A DNA stretch of 64,000 nt, taken from NCBI RefSeq assembly GCF_035594765.1, contig NC_085841.1:61177636-61241635 (forward strand), read 5' to 3'. The translations under genes and the position numbers were made by a program. This DNA is from Anolis carolinensis (taxonomy: Eukaryota). This document shows, piece by piece, positions 24,566-37,692 of this stretch; position 1 is the stretch's first letter, and every line of letters starts with the position of its first letter. The notes beneath the pieces are model-generated. The model saw only the letters and a program-made list of their open reading frames with translations, was not told where the DNA came from and did no database searches.

Positions 24566-25577
24566 TTCTTCCAATCACTGCAGTTTCTTGTTATAGATTC
24601 CAGTTGAGTTTATAAGGTTCTCCCTCTTTCTCTTCCTTTCTTTTCCACACACCCTTCTTTTCTTCTGTGCAACATTAAGAAATAGATTGTTCTTGCTTTT
24701 TGTTTTCATATATCAATATGAACAAAATAATTGAATGCATCCCAGAAATACAGACTCCCTACAAAGCGACTGTGGTCCATCTCTCTCTCATTCTCAGTCT
24801 CCCTCCTTCCCTCTCTCCTCCTCCTCCTCCTGCCTGTCTCTTGTCTGACTCACTGGGTCTTTGGCAGCCCTCCAAAACTGAGCCAGTAGCTGGGCTGGTG
24901 GGGGGGGAGGACCAGCATCCTGAGCATACCAAATGCCTGATTGTGATCTGTGATCCTGAGCACTCATTTCACTTCACAGACTCCACTGAGCCATGGCACA
25001 GAGATACAAATCCCAGGAGTGGTGGGAGGAAAGATGTGAGCCAAAAATGAGGTGCATTTATTAAGCTGTTTTTTTTGCCCTGAAAAGAAGCCTTTATCAG
25101 TGATTTCATATATCATGTGAGAGGTGGCTCCCTGCCAGTTTCCTGGGATCCAAACAATCCGCTGACATCATATGCTAACTATAGCCGCTGCCTTTTGCTT
25201 GAGGTGAATAAATAATGCAGCTGCAATGGCAGAGGTCTTTAGCAATACCGGGTTTTTTTATTATGATTGGGCTGTCAGGCTTGAACAATCAGAAGTGCCA
25301 TTCCCAGTTGCAACAAGAAATGCTAGTCACGGCATCATTTGGAATGGTTATCAAAAGAAGCAGACGAGGGGCACAATACACCCAGGAGTTATCTTGCTGC
25401 TCCAAGCTGCTTTGAACTGAGTGGAAGCAGCAAAAGACTGGCACGGTTATTGCATATCTCCAAATCATTTCAGTTGTGTTTATGCTAAAGAAAAAGAGCA
25501 GGATGCTTACAGTAGTTTTGGCCACGTGTAGTTCCACCAAAGGGGTTCTCTGAACCAAATTAAGGCTGACCTGGGAC

Positions 25578-25660
25578 TCACAGAACTGGAAGAGACCACA
25601 AGACTCATCTAGTCTAACTCCCTGTCATGAAGGAATACACAAAGCACTCCCAAGAGAAGC
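25578..25660 (-). mobile_element. CR1 3' fragment
   Basis: Reverse complement of the CR1 tail at 14030-14110. Confidence 0.55.
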
Positions 25661-25879
25661 GTACTCCTCACCAGGTGTTGCTGGCCTTAAATTCCCAGTA
25701 TTTCTCACCATTGGCTGTGTCAGTTTTGGCTAATGGGAAAACAACAGTTGAAGGGACTGTTTGCCATATTACTTTAGGTTTTGTCAAGTTAAGAAGTCCT
25801 ACTGCATTGCCCAAAAATTGTGTTTTACTTTAATATGACAGACATAACTCCTTGTTACATTTTTGCATTGAGAGACATC

Positions 25880-26250
25880 TATTTCAATTTCAATTTATTT
25901 ATTGATTAGCCAGTTGGCCTTATCAAGGACAGACAATACAAAAACAACATACAACACATACATCTGGTTCACTTAAAATAAAATACAGATATACAGGTGT
26001 CTGCCTGCTTGGTGCCAATGTAGTTTAGCTAAAGATCTATGCATCAACTATCCTCGTCTCCCCTACACTGCACCCCAATCTGATCTATGTACTCTGATCT
26101 CCTTTTAGCAGCTTTAAACAAATACAGGGCCACTTTTGTTGTCAGAGTGGGGTTATAACCGGCCAATAAAAATGAAGTTTTGGCTGAGAGACATCTAATA
26201 ATCTGGTGTTTTAGCATCTTGGCTTTCTTAGCTTGTGCATAAATCATATC
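25880..26250 (-). mobile_element. Non-LTR retrotransposon 3' end (RTE-X-like)
   Basis: ORF 26044-26247(-) YAQAKK...FLLAGYNPTLTTKVALYLFKAAKRR, then a UTR ending ggccaactggctaatcaataaa(ttgaaa)n. Confidence 0.6.
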
Positions 26251-26259
26251 CTAGAGTCA

Positions 26260-26847
26260 GCTTTCAAAAATGTACATCTCAAGCCAGCAGGATATTTTAA
26301 AGCACTGGTGGACCATGGTCCCCAAGAACTAAAATAGGGTCCATGGCCTTACCGTTACTACAATGTTCCATTGAGAGCAACTGGTCTCTTGAAACCCTCT
26401 TATAGTGTTGAGGCAATGAGTATCTCAGGAGGGGAGAGGCTGATTACCCCCACGAAAGGCGTGACAGCAAGCCTCCTGACTGCTGCTTCTCCTCCTCCCT
26501 CCCCCTGAGCAGAGCCATTCCATGTGGCACCTGGAAGCAGGGATGCCTTGGTGTCTTCATTTTTAGGCCTGTTCCTGGGGTGCTGATTCAGAAAATTGCA
26601 TGGGATAGACCACATCAGCTCTAGATTATTAAATGTGGTTTTCTGTGGGCGAGCAGATGGCACCTACTGGATAGCATATGTTCTGTATCAGAAGCTAGAG
26701 CTGATGTGGTCTATCTAATGCAATTTTCTGAATCAGCATCCCAAATAATCAAACTTAATCTAAAGTTGACCAAAACCTGATTCACAACCCATTTGGTACT
26801 AATGTTGGAGAGTGGTCCCTGGTCAAAAAAAAGGTTGGGAAACACTG
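26260..26847. mobile_element. Non-autonomous hAT element
   Basis: Right TIR aaaggttgggaaacactg; internal repeat of gctagagctgatgtggtctatc; left boundary approximate. Confidence 0.6.
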
Positions 26848-29240
26848 TTTTGAAGGAAATTGTTACTGGACATCCATTTTCTACTAGATACAAGCCTAAC
26901 ATTCATATTATGTTGAAAGGGATTTTTTAAAAAAAAGAGAATTTGATACATAGCTGAAAATCTATTTAAACACACCAATATCTTGGTAATTTTTATTATT
27001 CTGCCCCCAATCAAGAAGTACTTCATTTCAAAAGAAGAAAATTCTTAGAATTCTTAATAAAAATACCACAGACCTGGGATTCTGAAAGATACATGGGAAT
27101 TAGCGGTATGTTTATTTTTGCTGTACACTGCTTGGCAAAAGCCACACAAATGGGCTGATATTCATGAAGTCCCCCATTTAAATTACATAGACCCAGTTGT
27201 CTCCACTAGTGTTCCAAAAACCAGGAATGGATATCCAATTAGACACAGACCTATTCTTGTAAAAATGCCTTGCTAGCCAAAGAGCTTTCACTTGTAAGCT
27301 TTGAAAGAGAATAAAAATATATATCCATATTTACTTCAAGGAGGAGAATGAGTATCTTAATACTGAGTTGCATTGCAATTACTGCACATGACATATAAAG
27401 AAAACAACAATAAAATAGTTACAGCAGAGAACATAAAACACATGTTGATCTGCTTGGGCTGAGTCTAACTTCTTAGCATTCCCCATGACATACCGGTTAG
27501 GTGGTTTCCCAGCTTTTATCTCCCCCCCCCCTTGCTATTAATTCTGCCCATTACTAGACAATGTTATCCTAGATAGCTCTGAAATTATTTTCCCCACAAA
27601 TATGATTCAGTATCCTTTCTGTAGAGCAGGGGTTGGTTAGTGTGTGGGAATTATATTTCCCACAGTCCACAGGAGGGATACCAGTGTAGCACCTCCTTGA
27701 GTTCAGCGAGGCCATTTATACCTTAATATCACAGATACACATTTAAATGATTGTCAGACTTATGCAGGCTTTTTATCCTAAAAGCCAGCAACATAATTGC
27801 ATATTCTACACTGAAACCAACACAATCTCTCCAAGTTCCATGCACTCCACAAATCACCAGTGAAGCACCTACACACAGAAATCTTACTGCTCAGCAGTTA
27901 TTGTAATCAACCTCAAAGCCCTAAATGAAAATACAAAATATAGGCAAACAAATAATACAAAGTCAATTGGAGAGGATTAACCCTTCCATTTCCTCCTGAA
28001 TACCTTGTGTGTAGAAGCAGGAATTTTAGGAAGTGCTTCTTATTAAACAACTTAATAACAAGAAACATGTACTGAAATTTCTTCTTCTACAACTATAAAA
28101 AATACAAGAGCCTTCAACCATTTTTACTTTGGCAATCCTAATTCAAGGGACCATGGGCCCAGTTCACATTCTTGACAGACATAATCCCTCTTCTCTTCCC
28201 TCTCAATTTAGACTTGACTGATTACTAGAACCCCTTCATTAGATTTTCCATAATGACAGAGGTAAACCAGTAGTTCATAGGGGTTACAGGAAGTACTGAA
28301 TTGCATCCCTAGAAGCACCAACTGCAATGACCACCTCTGTTGTAGACTGGCAACATCCCGAGAAACTACAAAATACCCTTAAATACTCGCTTAAATAACG
28401 TTGCCTTAATATTTGCTCATAATGAATAACAGAAGAGAGACTGTTAAAACCCGGAAATTTGGGGGCCACTGTGGAAAAAGTTCTGTACTATCCCCCTGCT
28501 GTTCTCAGATCACTCACAGAAGTGGCTTTTCAGCATGGTCTTTTTAATTGTATTGGAAGCTCCTTTGATGACATGCGATCTGTTAGAACAGAGATTTCTC
28601 TGGATCATGTTCAGTGTTTCAGAAGTTGTTTAAAGGTTAGAAGAGGTAAAACATGTCCTTGACTGTGTGATTCACTTAAAATAAGGGCTGCAATTGTCTG
28701 ATGATCTCCTTAATTAATTTCCAGGCTTGGTGGGTGTGCCCAATTAGTGTCTTTTGCCTACTTTGAAGCAAGTTCACAGAGGATATTTACATAGAAAGCT
28801 TACAACACAATCCTGAGAATGTGTACTGGATAATAGATCTATTATACTCCTAGGTAAATAGTTGGTCCACCTCTCCCTTGGAAAGCCCTTATTTGAGAAA
28901 ATAAATAACAAATTTACTGTTTTAACCTCTATCCAGGTTTATGGACATTCACCAAAACATAAGCATATTTCATAAGAATTACAACAAAACAAAACAAAAT
29001 GAGTATAGACTGTCCCTATTCAACTGATCCATATTTCAGCAAGATTGTACCTGGCCCCTAAATCTCTTGGCCTCTAGTCCTGCTCTCACTAATGCTGTGC
29101 AGAGACTTGTGTGCGTGTTTCTATGTTGTATATAAAAACATGCAGACTCTAATTTGGACAAAAAGCAAGAATGAAAGTTGGGGAAGGGGGAGATTATGTA
29201 AGATTTCAGAATGGAAATGATTTCATGGTATGCTTTATAG

Positions 29241-29965
29241 CAGTGGTTCTCAACCTTCCTAATGCCACAACCCCTTAATACAGTTCTTCATGTTTTGGTG
29301 ACCTCGAACCATAAAATTATTTTTGCTGTTACTTCATAATTGTAATTTTGCTACTGTTATGAATCATAATGTAAATATCTAATATGCAGGATGTATTTTC
29401 ATTCACTGGACCACAGTTGGCACAAATACCTACCCGATACACCCAATTGGAATACTAGTGGGATGGGGGGGGGGGGGAGAATGGTTTTGTCATTTGGGAG
29501 TTGTAGTTACTGGGATTTATAGTTCACCTGCAATAAAAGAGCATTATGAACTCCACCAACGATGGAACTGAACCAAACTTGGCACACAGAACTTCCATGA
29601 CCAACAGAAAATACTGGAAGGGTTTGGTTGGCATTGACCTTGAGTTTTGGAGTCATAGTTCACCTACATCAAGAGAGCACTGTAGACTCAAACAATGATG
29701 GATCTGGACCAAACTTGGCATAAATACTCAGTATGCCCGAATGTGAACACTGGTGGAGTTTGGGGAAAATAGACCTTGACATTTGGGAGTTGTAGTTGCT
29801 GGGATTTATAGTTCACCTACAGTCAAATAGCCCCTTGAACCTCACCAACGATAGAATTGGGCCAAACTTCCCACGGCCAACAGAAAATACTGGTCTTTGG
29901 TGACCCCTCTGACACCCCCTTCATGACTCACCCAGGAGTCCCAACCCACAGGTTGAGAAATGCTG
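29241..29965. mobile_element. SPIN (Space Invader)/URR1-type hAT MITE with internal tandem repeats
   Basis: Starts cagtggttctcaaccttcctaatgcc...taatacagttc..catgtt..ggtgacc..aaccataaaattattttt, as in the recalled SPIN/URR1 consensus; exact 8-bp TSD ctttatag at 29233-29240 and 29966-29973. Confidence 0.85.
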
Positions 29966-30147
29966 CTTTATAGGGATTAATTGGATGCTCATATTTTAGA
30001 GGAGCAGTAGCAGCTTGCTTTATTACACGATACTGCTACTTTTAGAAACAGTCACCTCCTTGTTGTTGCTGGACTGCATCAATTAAACAACTGCTTCTGA
30101 AATTAATGGAGGAGAGAGGAGGGTCTTGAGCAACTGGCTTTGTGTGT

Positions 30148-30235
30148 ATGTGCCTTCAAGTCATCTCTTGACTTATGGTGACCCCATTAATTTCACAAGG
30201 TTTTCTTAGATAAGAATATTCAAAGGGGCTTTTCC
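30148..30235 (-). mobile_element. RTE-tail SINE 3' fragment
   Basis: tgtgccttcaagtcatctcttgacttatggtgaccc matches the tails at 22924 and 57480. Confidence 0.55.
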
Positions 30236-31570
30236 TATCTATGTAAGGGACCTTTTGAACCAGCCTTCATCAACATGGAGCCCTCCAGATGTTTTGGCTG
30301 ATAACTTCCATTATCTCCAACCAGCATGGCTGAGGGTTATAGTCCAGCACTTCTGAAGAGCATCACATTGGGAAAGGTTACTAAATGAATACACCCACAA
30401 TGGGATCTGCCTTAAACTATTTTAAGGGCTCTAACAGTATAAGCATGTTTTGTGTTGTCGGTTGTCATCAGAAGTTCTGTTCAATAGTGTACTGATTATG
30501 GAAAATTGTGACTGTTCCTCTTTCCCTGTTCCATCATTAGCATGAAGATTTCTACTGAACAATACCTTGTTTGTGAAACACATTTGCCAAGAGTGGGGCT
30601 GGTTCACTTATTCCTACCTGGGCACAGACCACTGTTTTTCTATTAGCAGAAGTAGCACTGTAGACACCACCATTCCTAAATGACACAATGTGTATAGATA
30701 AATGGGAATCCGTTAAGAAATGCATTCAGTATGAAAACTTTCCAGAAACTCACATGGTTTCTTTGAAGGCCTCATGTGGGAAACTCTGTGTGGGAATCAG
30801 TTAATAAAGAACCCAGCTTCCACCCTGACGGCTTGTCTGAGAGACTGCAGAAGTGTCCTGCTCTTGTCCCTATGAGGAAACCTTTTATTGCATTCCTGAA
30901 CACTTGGCTGGCATGTTATGCAACTGTGAGAACAAGTCAAGAAGTTGACTGTGCTCCCTCTGGGCTGCCGTGACTGACTCAACCTGGTTCACCTGTTATG
31001 AGTCATTCGCCTCTCCAGCCCTAGTGCTGCCATGTGACAACACTTCTTTGGTATCCAATCTGCTTCAAAGGACCTTCCGCAGGTTTTAAAAAAAAATCTT
31101 GGGCATGAATAGCCATGCTTTCCTTTCACACAAATACCTTGTCATTCATCAAACAAAAGGTATAAATTTTCTCTAAAATGAAAAAAAAATACACAAATGT
31201 TTAACACACATTTCCTTAACACTATAATTGGAATTCTTGATGAGTTTCAGATCTGTGCAATTTTACCAGTCTTTCCATTTGGGTAATAATAATAATGGTA
31301 ATAAAACTACTTAGAAAAACATGGAGATCATTTTTCTTTTTCTTGTTATTTTGTTTTATGTGCTTAGCTATAACCACAAGGACTTTCACAAATAGAAAAA
31401 TTACCCATTTCCTCCAATGTATGCTTTATATATTAATACGGTAACTTTTGTTTTGCTGGGTTTGGAGAGGAAGCAAAATCAGTGTTAGTAGCATCATAGT
31501 CTTGTTACATTAGAAAACTATTATTAAAAAGTGGGCTATTAAATACTGCATTTGGACTTCTCATTTTCCA

Positions 31571-33161
31571 TCTATATATATAAAAGAGTGATGGAATCGC
31601 GGCACTGAGCAAAACAACAAAACTAAAGGCCCCCCCAACCTTGAAATTTGACAACACAACCCATCATCCATGCCTCTAGGTTGATACAACAAAACATAAT
31701 GTCAAGAACCTCCACGGGGCCTTAAAAACCCAGCCGTGAGCCTGGCCAGAAGGACCCATGGTGGTCGGAGGAGGGGCCTCCACGCAGCGGGGCCTGGAAC
31801 GCCCGCCGAAGAGGAGGGCCACGGAGTAAGAATTGTCAGGCTACGGCTGGGCCCGAGCAGGCGTGGAACAACCCCCCCCCCCCGGCGAAGAGCCACCGCG
31901 GCCTCCTCCATGCGCCACAGGCCGGAGGGAGTCCCCCCCCCCCCCGAGGAGCCACCTCAGCCTCCCGCCAGCCGGAGGGAGGCCGCGAGGCCCCAAGGTT
32001 TCTTTTTTTTTTGGACATTAAGGCCTGCAGAGCCGAAGGCGGGGGGGCGGCCCCGGCCACGAGAGAGGCGGTGCCCGAACCTTCCCCCCGAAGACCCACC
32101 TCTGCCTCCCGCCAGGCCGGAGGGAGGCCGCAAGGTTTCTTTTGTTTTAACTATTTATTTTCTCTTTGACATAGAAGCCTGAAGGGGTGGCCTCAAGGCC
32201 GGGAAGCGCCGCGGCCCCAAGGAGGGAGGCCTCAAGGCCACAATGTTCTTGTTTTTGTTTTGTTTGTTTCAAATGGAGGCCTGCAGAGGCGGAGGCAGGG
32301 GTGGCCGCAAGGCCGGGAAGAGCCCCCCCCCCCCCCCCCCGCCGTGGCCAGAAGGCCCTGAACAGCTGACGAGGGCCCAGGCCTGCCACATGGGCCGGGC
32401 CTGGAGAGTGAAACAGCAGCCGGAGACCATGAAGGCCTAGGCAGGGCCACCCAGGAGCAGGGCCTTGACTCCTTGCACCCCCTCTCTCCCCTTTTCCCCT
32501 CTTCAGATGAGGGCCCTACCTTCCCAGCCTCAGCTGCCTGGGCCTCTGTCTCTCTTCCAGGGATTGGAAAGAGGGCCGCCTGCCTGTATTCTCAGGTAAC
32601 AAATATAATAGCTAAAATTACTGTGGTGTAATAATACAGAACAATATAATCTCTAAAATCAGGACATTAAATAAACAACAGCACTCTGAAAATGGGAATT
32701 CCAGACAGGAAACAACGAGGGCCAGCTAATACCTCTCAACAAAAGATTCCCCCAGGCAGAAAGCAACCAGCCTTGCAAACACCAAGGTTATTCACTGCTG
32801 TTCAACCTAACCAAGCAACATTTCCCCTTGATAGTACACCCTCAGGGTTTCAAGCCATGAGGCTACTCCGTCTCATTCAACCTACCCAAGAAAGGATGCC
32901 CCTATATAGAAAGCAGTCAGTCTTTCAAACAGCAAGGCTATCCAGTGCAATTCAAATTGGCTAAAAAACAATTTCCCTACAATGCAACTACCCAGCCTTC
33001 CAAGCAGCAAACCTATTCCATTCTATTCCAGCTCACCAAACAAGGATTCACGTAAGCAGAAAACACCCAGACTTTAAGGCTGCAAGACTATTCACTGCTA
33101 TTCCACCTGGTCAACAAATGATTCCCATCAGCCACACCAACGTGTGGCCGGGCACAGCTAG
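31571..33161 (+). mobile_element. Non-autonomous Helitron, complete
   Basis: Inserted between A(31570) and T(33162); 5' TC (tctatatatataaaa); 3' hairpin gccacac-caac-gtgtggc at 33131-33148 then CTAG at 33158-33161; no TSD. Confidence 0.9.
32737..33126 (+). repeat. Diverged 75-bp tandem array inside the Helitron
   Basis: Unit starts at 32737, 32812, 32887, 32962, 33037 and 33112. Confidence 0.85.
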
Positions 33162-33404
33162 TATCTAATAAAGCAGGGAGGGGTTGCTTGCCACAAGACA
33201 GACACAGTATTAAGATAGGTAGCGTAGTACAACCCTTGAGTTTGAATAATGATGCCTATCATTTGGGACGATTGCTTATGATGGCCAGAGCCGAAGTTCC
33301 AAATGTGTGATGGTCATCAGGTTGTCACATTATGACCAGAAGAATCCCAATAGTAATCTGGCAGAGAAAAACATTGCAATGAGGCAATAGCCAACATTCC
33401 TGAG

Positions 33405-33600
33405 AGAGCCAATTGTGGCTTGCATGGTGGATTAGAACTCCAGGTGACCAGGATTCAAATCCCTACTATGGTAGGTGGTTTTGGAGAAATGACACTCTCC
33501 CAGTCTCCTAAGAGGAAGGCTGAAACCCTCTCTTAACAAATCTTGACAAAAAAATTCTAGGGTAGATCACTCAAATCAGGTTGGAAGGCACAACAACCAA
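33405..33600 (+). mobile_element. Old tRNA-derived SINE with RTE-type tail
   Basis: B box ggattcaaatcc; tail ...ttggaaggcacaacaac; related copy at 57480-57712(-). Confidence 0.6.
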
Positions 33601-34320
33601 AACAGTAACAGCAACACAAGCATGCTCATTGACTACCAATCAGTGACCACAAGCATGCTCATTGGCTATCAACCAGGATGTTGATTATAGAGATTCGATT
33701 CACTTCCGAGTGCTTACATATGTATCCCAGGAACTGGCTGAAAGCTGTGACAGAAAAGTTTAAATCCAGGATTTTTTCCCCTCTATCTCCTCAGAAGCAT
33801 GCTTACATAAAACAGCTTCACAGTGCTTGACTGAAAGCAGAGCAAGGCAAGTCAAGTATTCCCATGAGAACGCTGCACTTTCTTTGCCGGGAGGGGGGTG
33901 GGGAGGTGTTTGTTTACCTTTTGACTTGGCTGCATATCTGATTTTTCTTTCTGGCTGCTCCAATGTTAGTCTTGTCTACATAAGGACTCTGTATGTTGGT
34001 TCTGATTCACAACTCTTCATGGGATATACACAGAGCAGACTCAGTGGATTTCATTTTATGGCTTGATTCAGAACATTTTTTAAAAAATCACTCTGTTTCT
34101 GGATGGATTTGTGTTGGAGCTTGCATGGGGGGGTGGGGGGCATTTTCTAGACACCCAGTCTTGAGCTGGCTTCAAGCTGGATTTTATTGTCTGTGTGGAA
34201 GGGCCCACAGAGATAAAATGCAATCATGCTGAAAAAATAGCACCGAAATGGGACCAAACCCTAAAACCCACCAGTTGACATGAACATTTGGGGAACTATG
34301 ATCTGTGAGAGTAGCCTGGA

Positions 34321-34868
34321 AATCAGAAGACATTTACTTCTTGGGAGGAGGAGCAATGGCCAACCTCGATAAAATAGTGAAGAGTAGAGACATCACACTG
34401 GCAATCAAGGTCCGCATAGTTAAAGCAATGGTGTTCCCCGTCGTAACCTATGGATGCGAGAGCTGGACCATGAGGAAGGCTGAGCGAAGGAAGACGCTTT
34501 TGAACTGTGGTGTTGGAGGAAAATTCTGAGAGTGTCTTGGACCGCAAGAAGATCTAACGAGTCCATACTACAGGAAATAATGCCCAACTGCTCACTGGAG
34601 GGAAGGATATTAGAGGCAAAGATGAAGTATTTTGCCTTTACATCATGAAAAGACAGGAAAGCTTGGAGAAGATAATGATGCTGGGGAAAATGGAAGAATA
34701 AAGGAAGAGGGGCCGACTAAGGGCAAGATGGATGGATGGTATCCTTGACGTGACTGGCTTGACCTTGAATGAGCTGGAAGTGGCCATGGCTGACAGGGAG
34801 CTCTGGCGTGGGCTGGTCCATGAGGTCACAAAGAGTCAGAAGTGACTGAACGAATAAATGTCAACAAA
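34321..34868 (+). mobile_element. BovB (RTE) LINE 3' fragment
   Basis: AMANLDKIVKSRDITLAIKVRIVKAMVFPVVTYGCESWT; 3' end gaggtcacaaagagtcagaagtgactgaacgaat; possible TSD cctgga. Confidence 0.9.
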
Positions 34869-37643
34869 CCTGGATTGAACATGGTTTTTTTGTATGCAAA
34901 ATTCCCGCTTTCCTGTCACCAGTGTTGCCCAATGGGCACTAAGTGTGCAGACCACTCACCAAAGAGGTGTACCCACATCCCTTATAATCCAAGTTACAAC
35001 AACCAGTGTTTGTGGATCTGTAGTGGTGTGCTATGATTGGGTGTTGCCTGATACCAGTCCGATGTTTCATCATGCTGATATGGGTAAAGTGGTTATGATA
35101 TGCTACCAGCAACTTCCCCACTCCTCTTGAAATAAGTGAAGGATGAGAGATTATTTGCCCAAGGTCCATATACTGTATGTTGTAAAGGATCACACTTGAT
35201 AAGAGTATGGTTATGGATGAGCGTATAAATGATATTGACGTAAGAAAACTGTTGCCCCCTATGCTGCTCATTTCCTGTCAACAGCTCCAACACATACTGG
35301 CTGTTCTGCAAGTAAATCTATATTAGTGGAATTGTTCTACTAATATATCTGATAATGCAGGGATCATATGGCAAATTCCTAAGTTCATGTTTAAATAACA
35401 GCATTTCTTTATATAGCTAACATATATAGGGGGGGGGGGGGTTAGCTATTGCCAGCAAGGGTGGGGACAAAATAAGGGCATTTCTTCCTCCAATGAAATT
35501 TCACTTAAGCACCTGAATTTCCAGCATTGCAACAGTTGAGTATTTAGAAAGAAAAATGTAGACAGCCATGGAAAAAGGACAATGTTATTTGATGTGACCA
35601 CAGCAAGTATAAGAGTTCTAGGTGTGAATGATTTTCATTGTCTTACTTCCTTCAGTGTTCAAAACTTGGGAACTGAAGGAAAATTTCATTGAGGGCAGAA
35701 TTCTTATTGAGAAAAGCAAGGCTGTAATCCCTGTTTACTATAACAGCAATTTAGCTGTAGTTCCGGTAGTATAATGGAGCTCTTTAGCTGGACCTTTGGT
35801 ATGGAATTATGCCCTTAGTGAGGATTATTCCTGATGCTATAATCAACTGAAGAGATGGGTTGTATAACGCCCATTTAAATCCCAGGAGAGCTGTTGAACA
35901 CATATAGTGCCTGGGTGACTGAGTTATTCAAAATGAGGCATTCCATCAGCTGAAAGGATCTGTTTGCCATTAAACAAAGTCTCTTTGTGCATTTTTTAAC
36001 ACATGGAGGGAGTTTTGGGTGTCCAAGGGACAGAGAATCCAGAAAGTGGTGTTGTTTTGTTCTTTTCCCTCTCCACGGGATAAGAAAACATGACTCCAGC
36101 ACTTTCTGCTTTGTTGTAGACTTCCTCCTGCAGTTTCTTCCACTCCTTTCTGGTCCTTGTTCTGAGAGCAGAAGAAATCTGCTTAGCTTTACTTTCTCAC
36201 ACATGTTTCAGATGTGCAGGGGTGTGATGGTAAACAATGTCGTCCAATGCTCCAGAACTGTCTACTCCTACCGTGTCTTGTTCCCATCACCCTTGGGGGT
36301 TGCAGCAACAGGGCGGAAAGCAAACAAAGCAAAACAGTAATCTGGCGTTCCAACTGCATTTTTGTCTAAAAAGAAAATTTTAATGATAGGTTATGTGATT
36401 ACCCTAGGTTTGGCTTCACTTACTCTTTATTAAGCACATCTGGTATTTTGTAACAATATAAGTAGCAGGAGATTTTGGCATCAAAATTACTCAGTGTTGC
36501 CATGCAGGATGGAAACTCATCAGGCACGCCAACAAACTGTGCAACTCCACAACCTTCTTGTACACTGGGCACCGGGCCAGAATAGCTAAAATATGTGGAT
36601 TGGCACAGAGTTCTTGCCACGCAAACACTTCTGGAAATTTCTGTGTTCAGGCCTGCCAGGTCCTTTATGCGTAACATGAGTTTCACTCTTCCTGAGCTTT
36701 CAGTCTTTGCTTGCCTGTACAGTTAAAAAGAAATACAATATCTCCGAGTCAAATTTCCATTTCACTATTGCCAAGGTCACCATTTCAATGAATTAGTAGG
36801 AATTTCCTAAAACATTTGTTTGAGTTATATTAAGTGTTACATGTGGAAGACAACTCTGTTTCCTGGAAACTTTTGAAAGGAAGACTGTCTCATTTCACAA
36901 AGACAGCCTAGCATCTGGAAAGAAAAAGATGTACACACAGTATATAGAGAAATAACATGTTTTTAAATACAGCAATTTGATTTATTTTAAGCTAAATAGC
37001 CTCCGGAAGACAGTCCAATATATATTTTTTGCAATTGCAAATTTGTCAAGAATGAAAGGAAATCATCCCAAGATTACATATAAATATGTTATGTTTAATT
37101 TTCCTGTTTGGAAAATGAGGCAACCTCTTCTTATCTTCAAATGTGTGAATTTCACATGTCATATAAACACTTGGTTTGGGCAGAATAATCCATAACAGAC
37201 ATTTGAAGTCAGACACTGGTGTTGTACATGAAATTAGGAAAGGATGTCATATTGAAAGGAATTTCAGTATGCCATATGGAAAGAAATTGGAAAGGATGTC
37301 ATATTGAAGTGTGAGCAGCCTTGTTATCTGCTACTGTAGAGACATGGACTTAAACTCATCAATCCATCATCCTCCAACCGTGGCTGCTTACCAGTATTGT
37401 TACCCTTCTCATCACACTGCCATTCAAGTTGCACAACTTCAGTGCCTTGGCATGACTCCACCTTCCTGTCCCCAGATGCCACCAGTGTACTGCCAAAGAA
37501 GTGCGTGGACCTCATCACACCAGCTAAGTCCTGGGACAGTGGCTCTGTTAGGGGCCATTATTTTGCCTTTCAGTAGCTGGAGACAGATTCATAGCAGGGA
37601 AGTGCTGGCTCAGCAAAAGGCAGCAGATGACATTGCATGATCA

Positions 37644-37692
37644 AATAAAATCAAATAAAATCATTTATTTCGGTCATAGACCAGCACAGGAA
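37644..37692 (-). mobile_element. Extremely 5'-truncated LINE tail (RTE-X-like)
   Basis: 12-bp TSD attgcatgatca at 37632-37643 and 37693-37704; minus strand ggtctatgaccgaaataaa plus repeat tail. Confidence 0.7.

Noticed and set aside
31702-32450. Cluster of Pro/Arg/Gly-rich ORFs suggesting a first exon or CpG-island gene
   Set aside because: Overlapping low-complexity ORFs on both strands inside Helitron ends; no recognisable protein
32737-33126. Regularly spaced array as CRISPR-like
   Set aside because: Whole units are homologous, with no constant repeat and unique spacer; eukaryotic context; no cas genes
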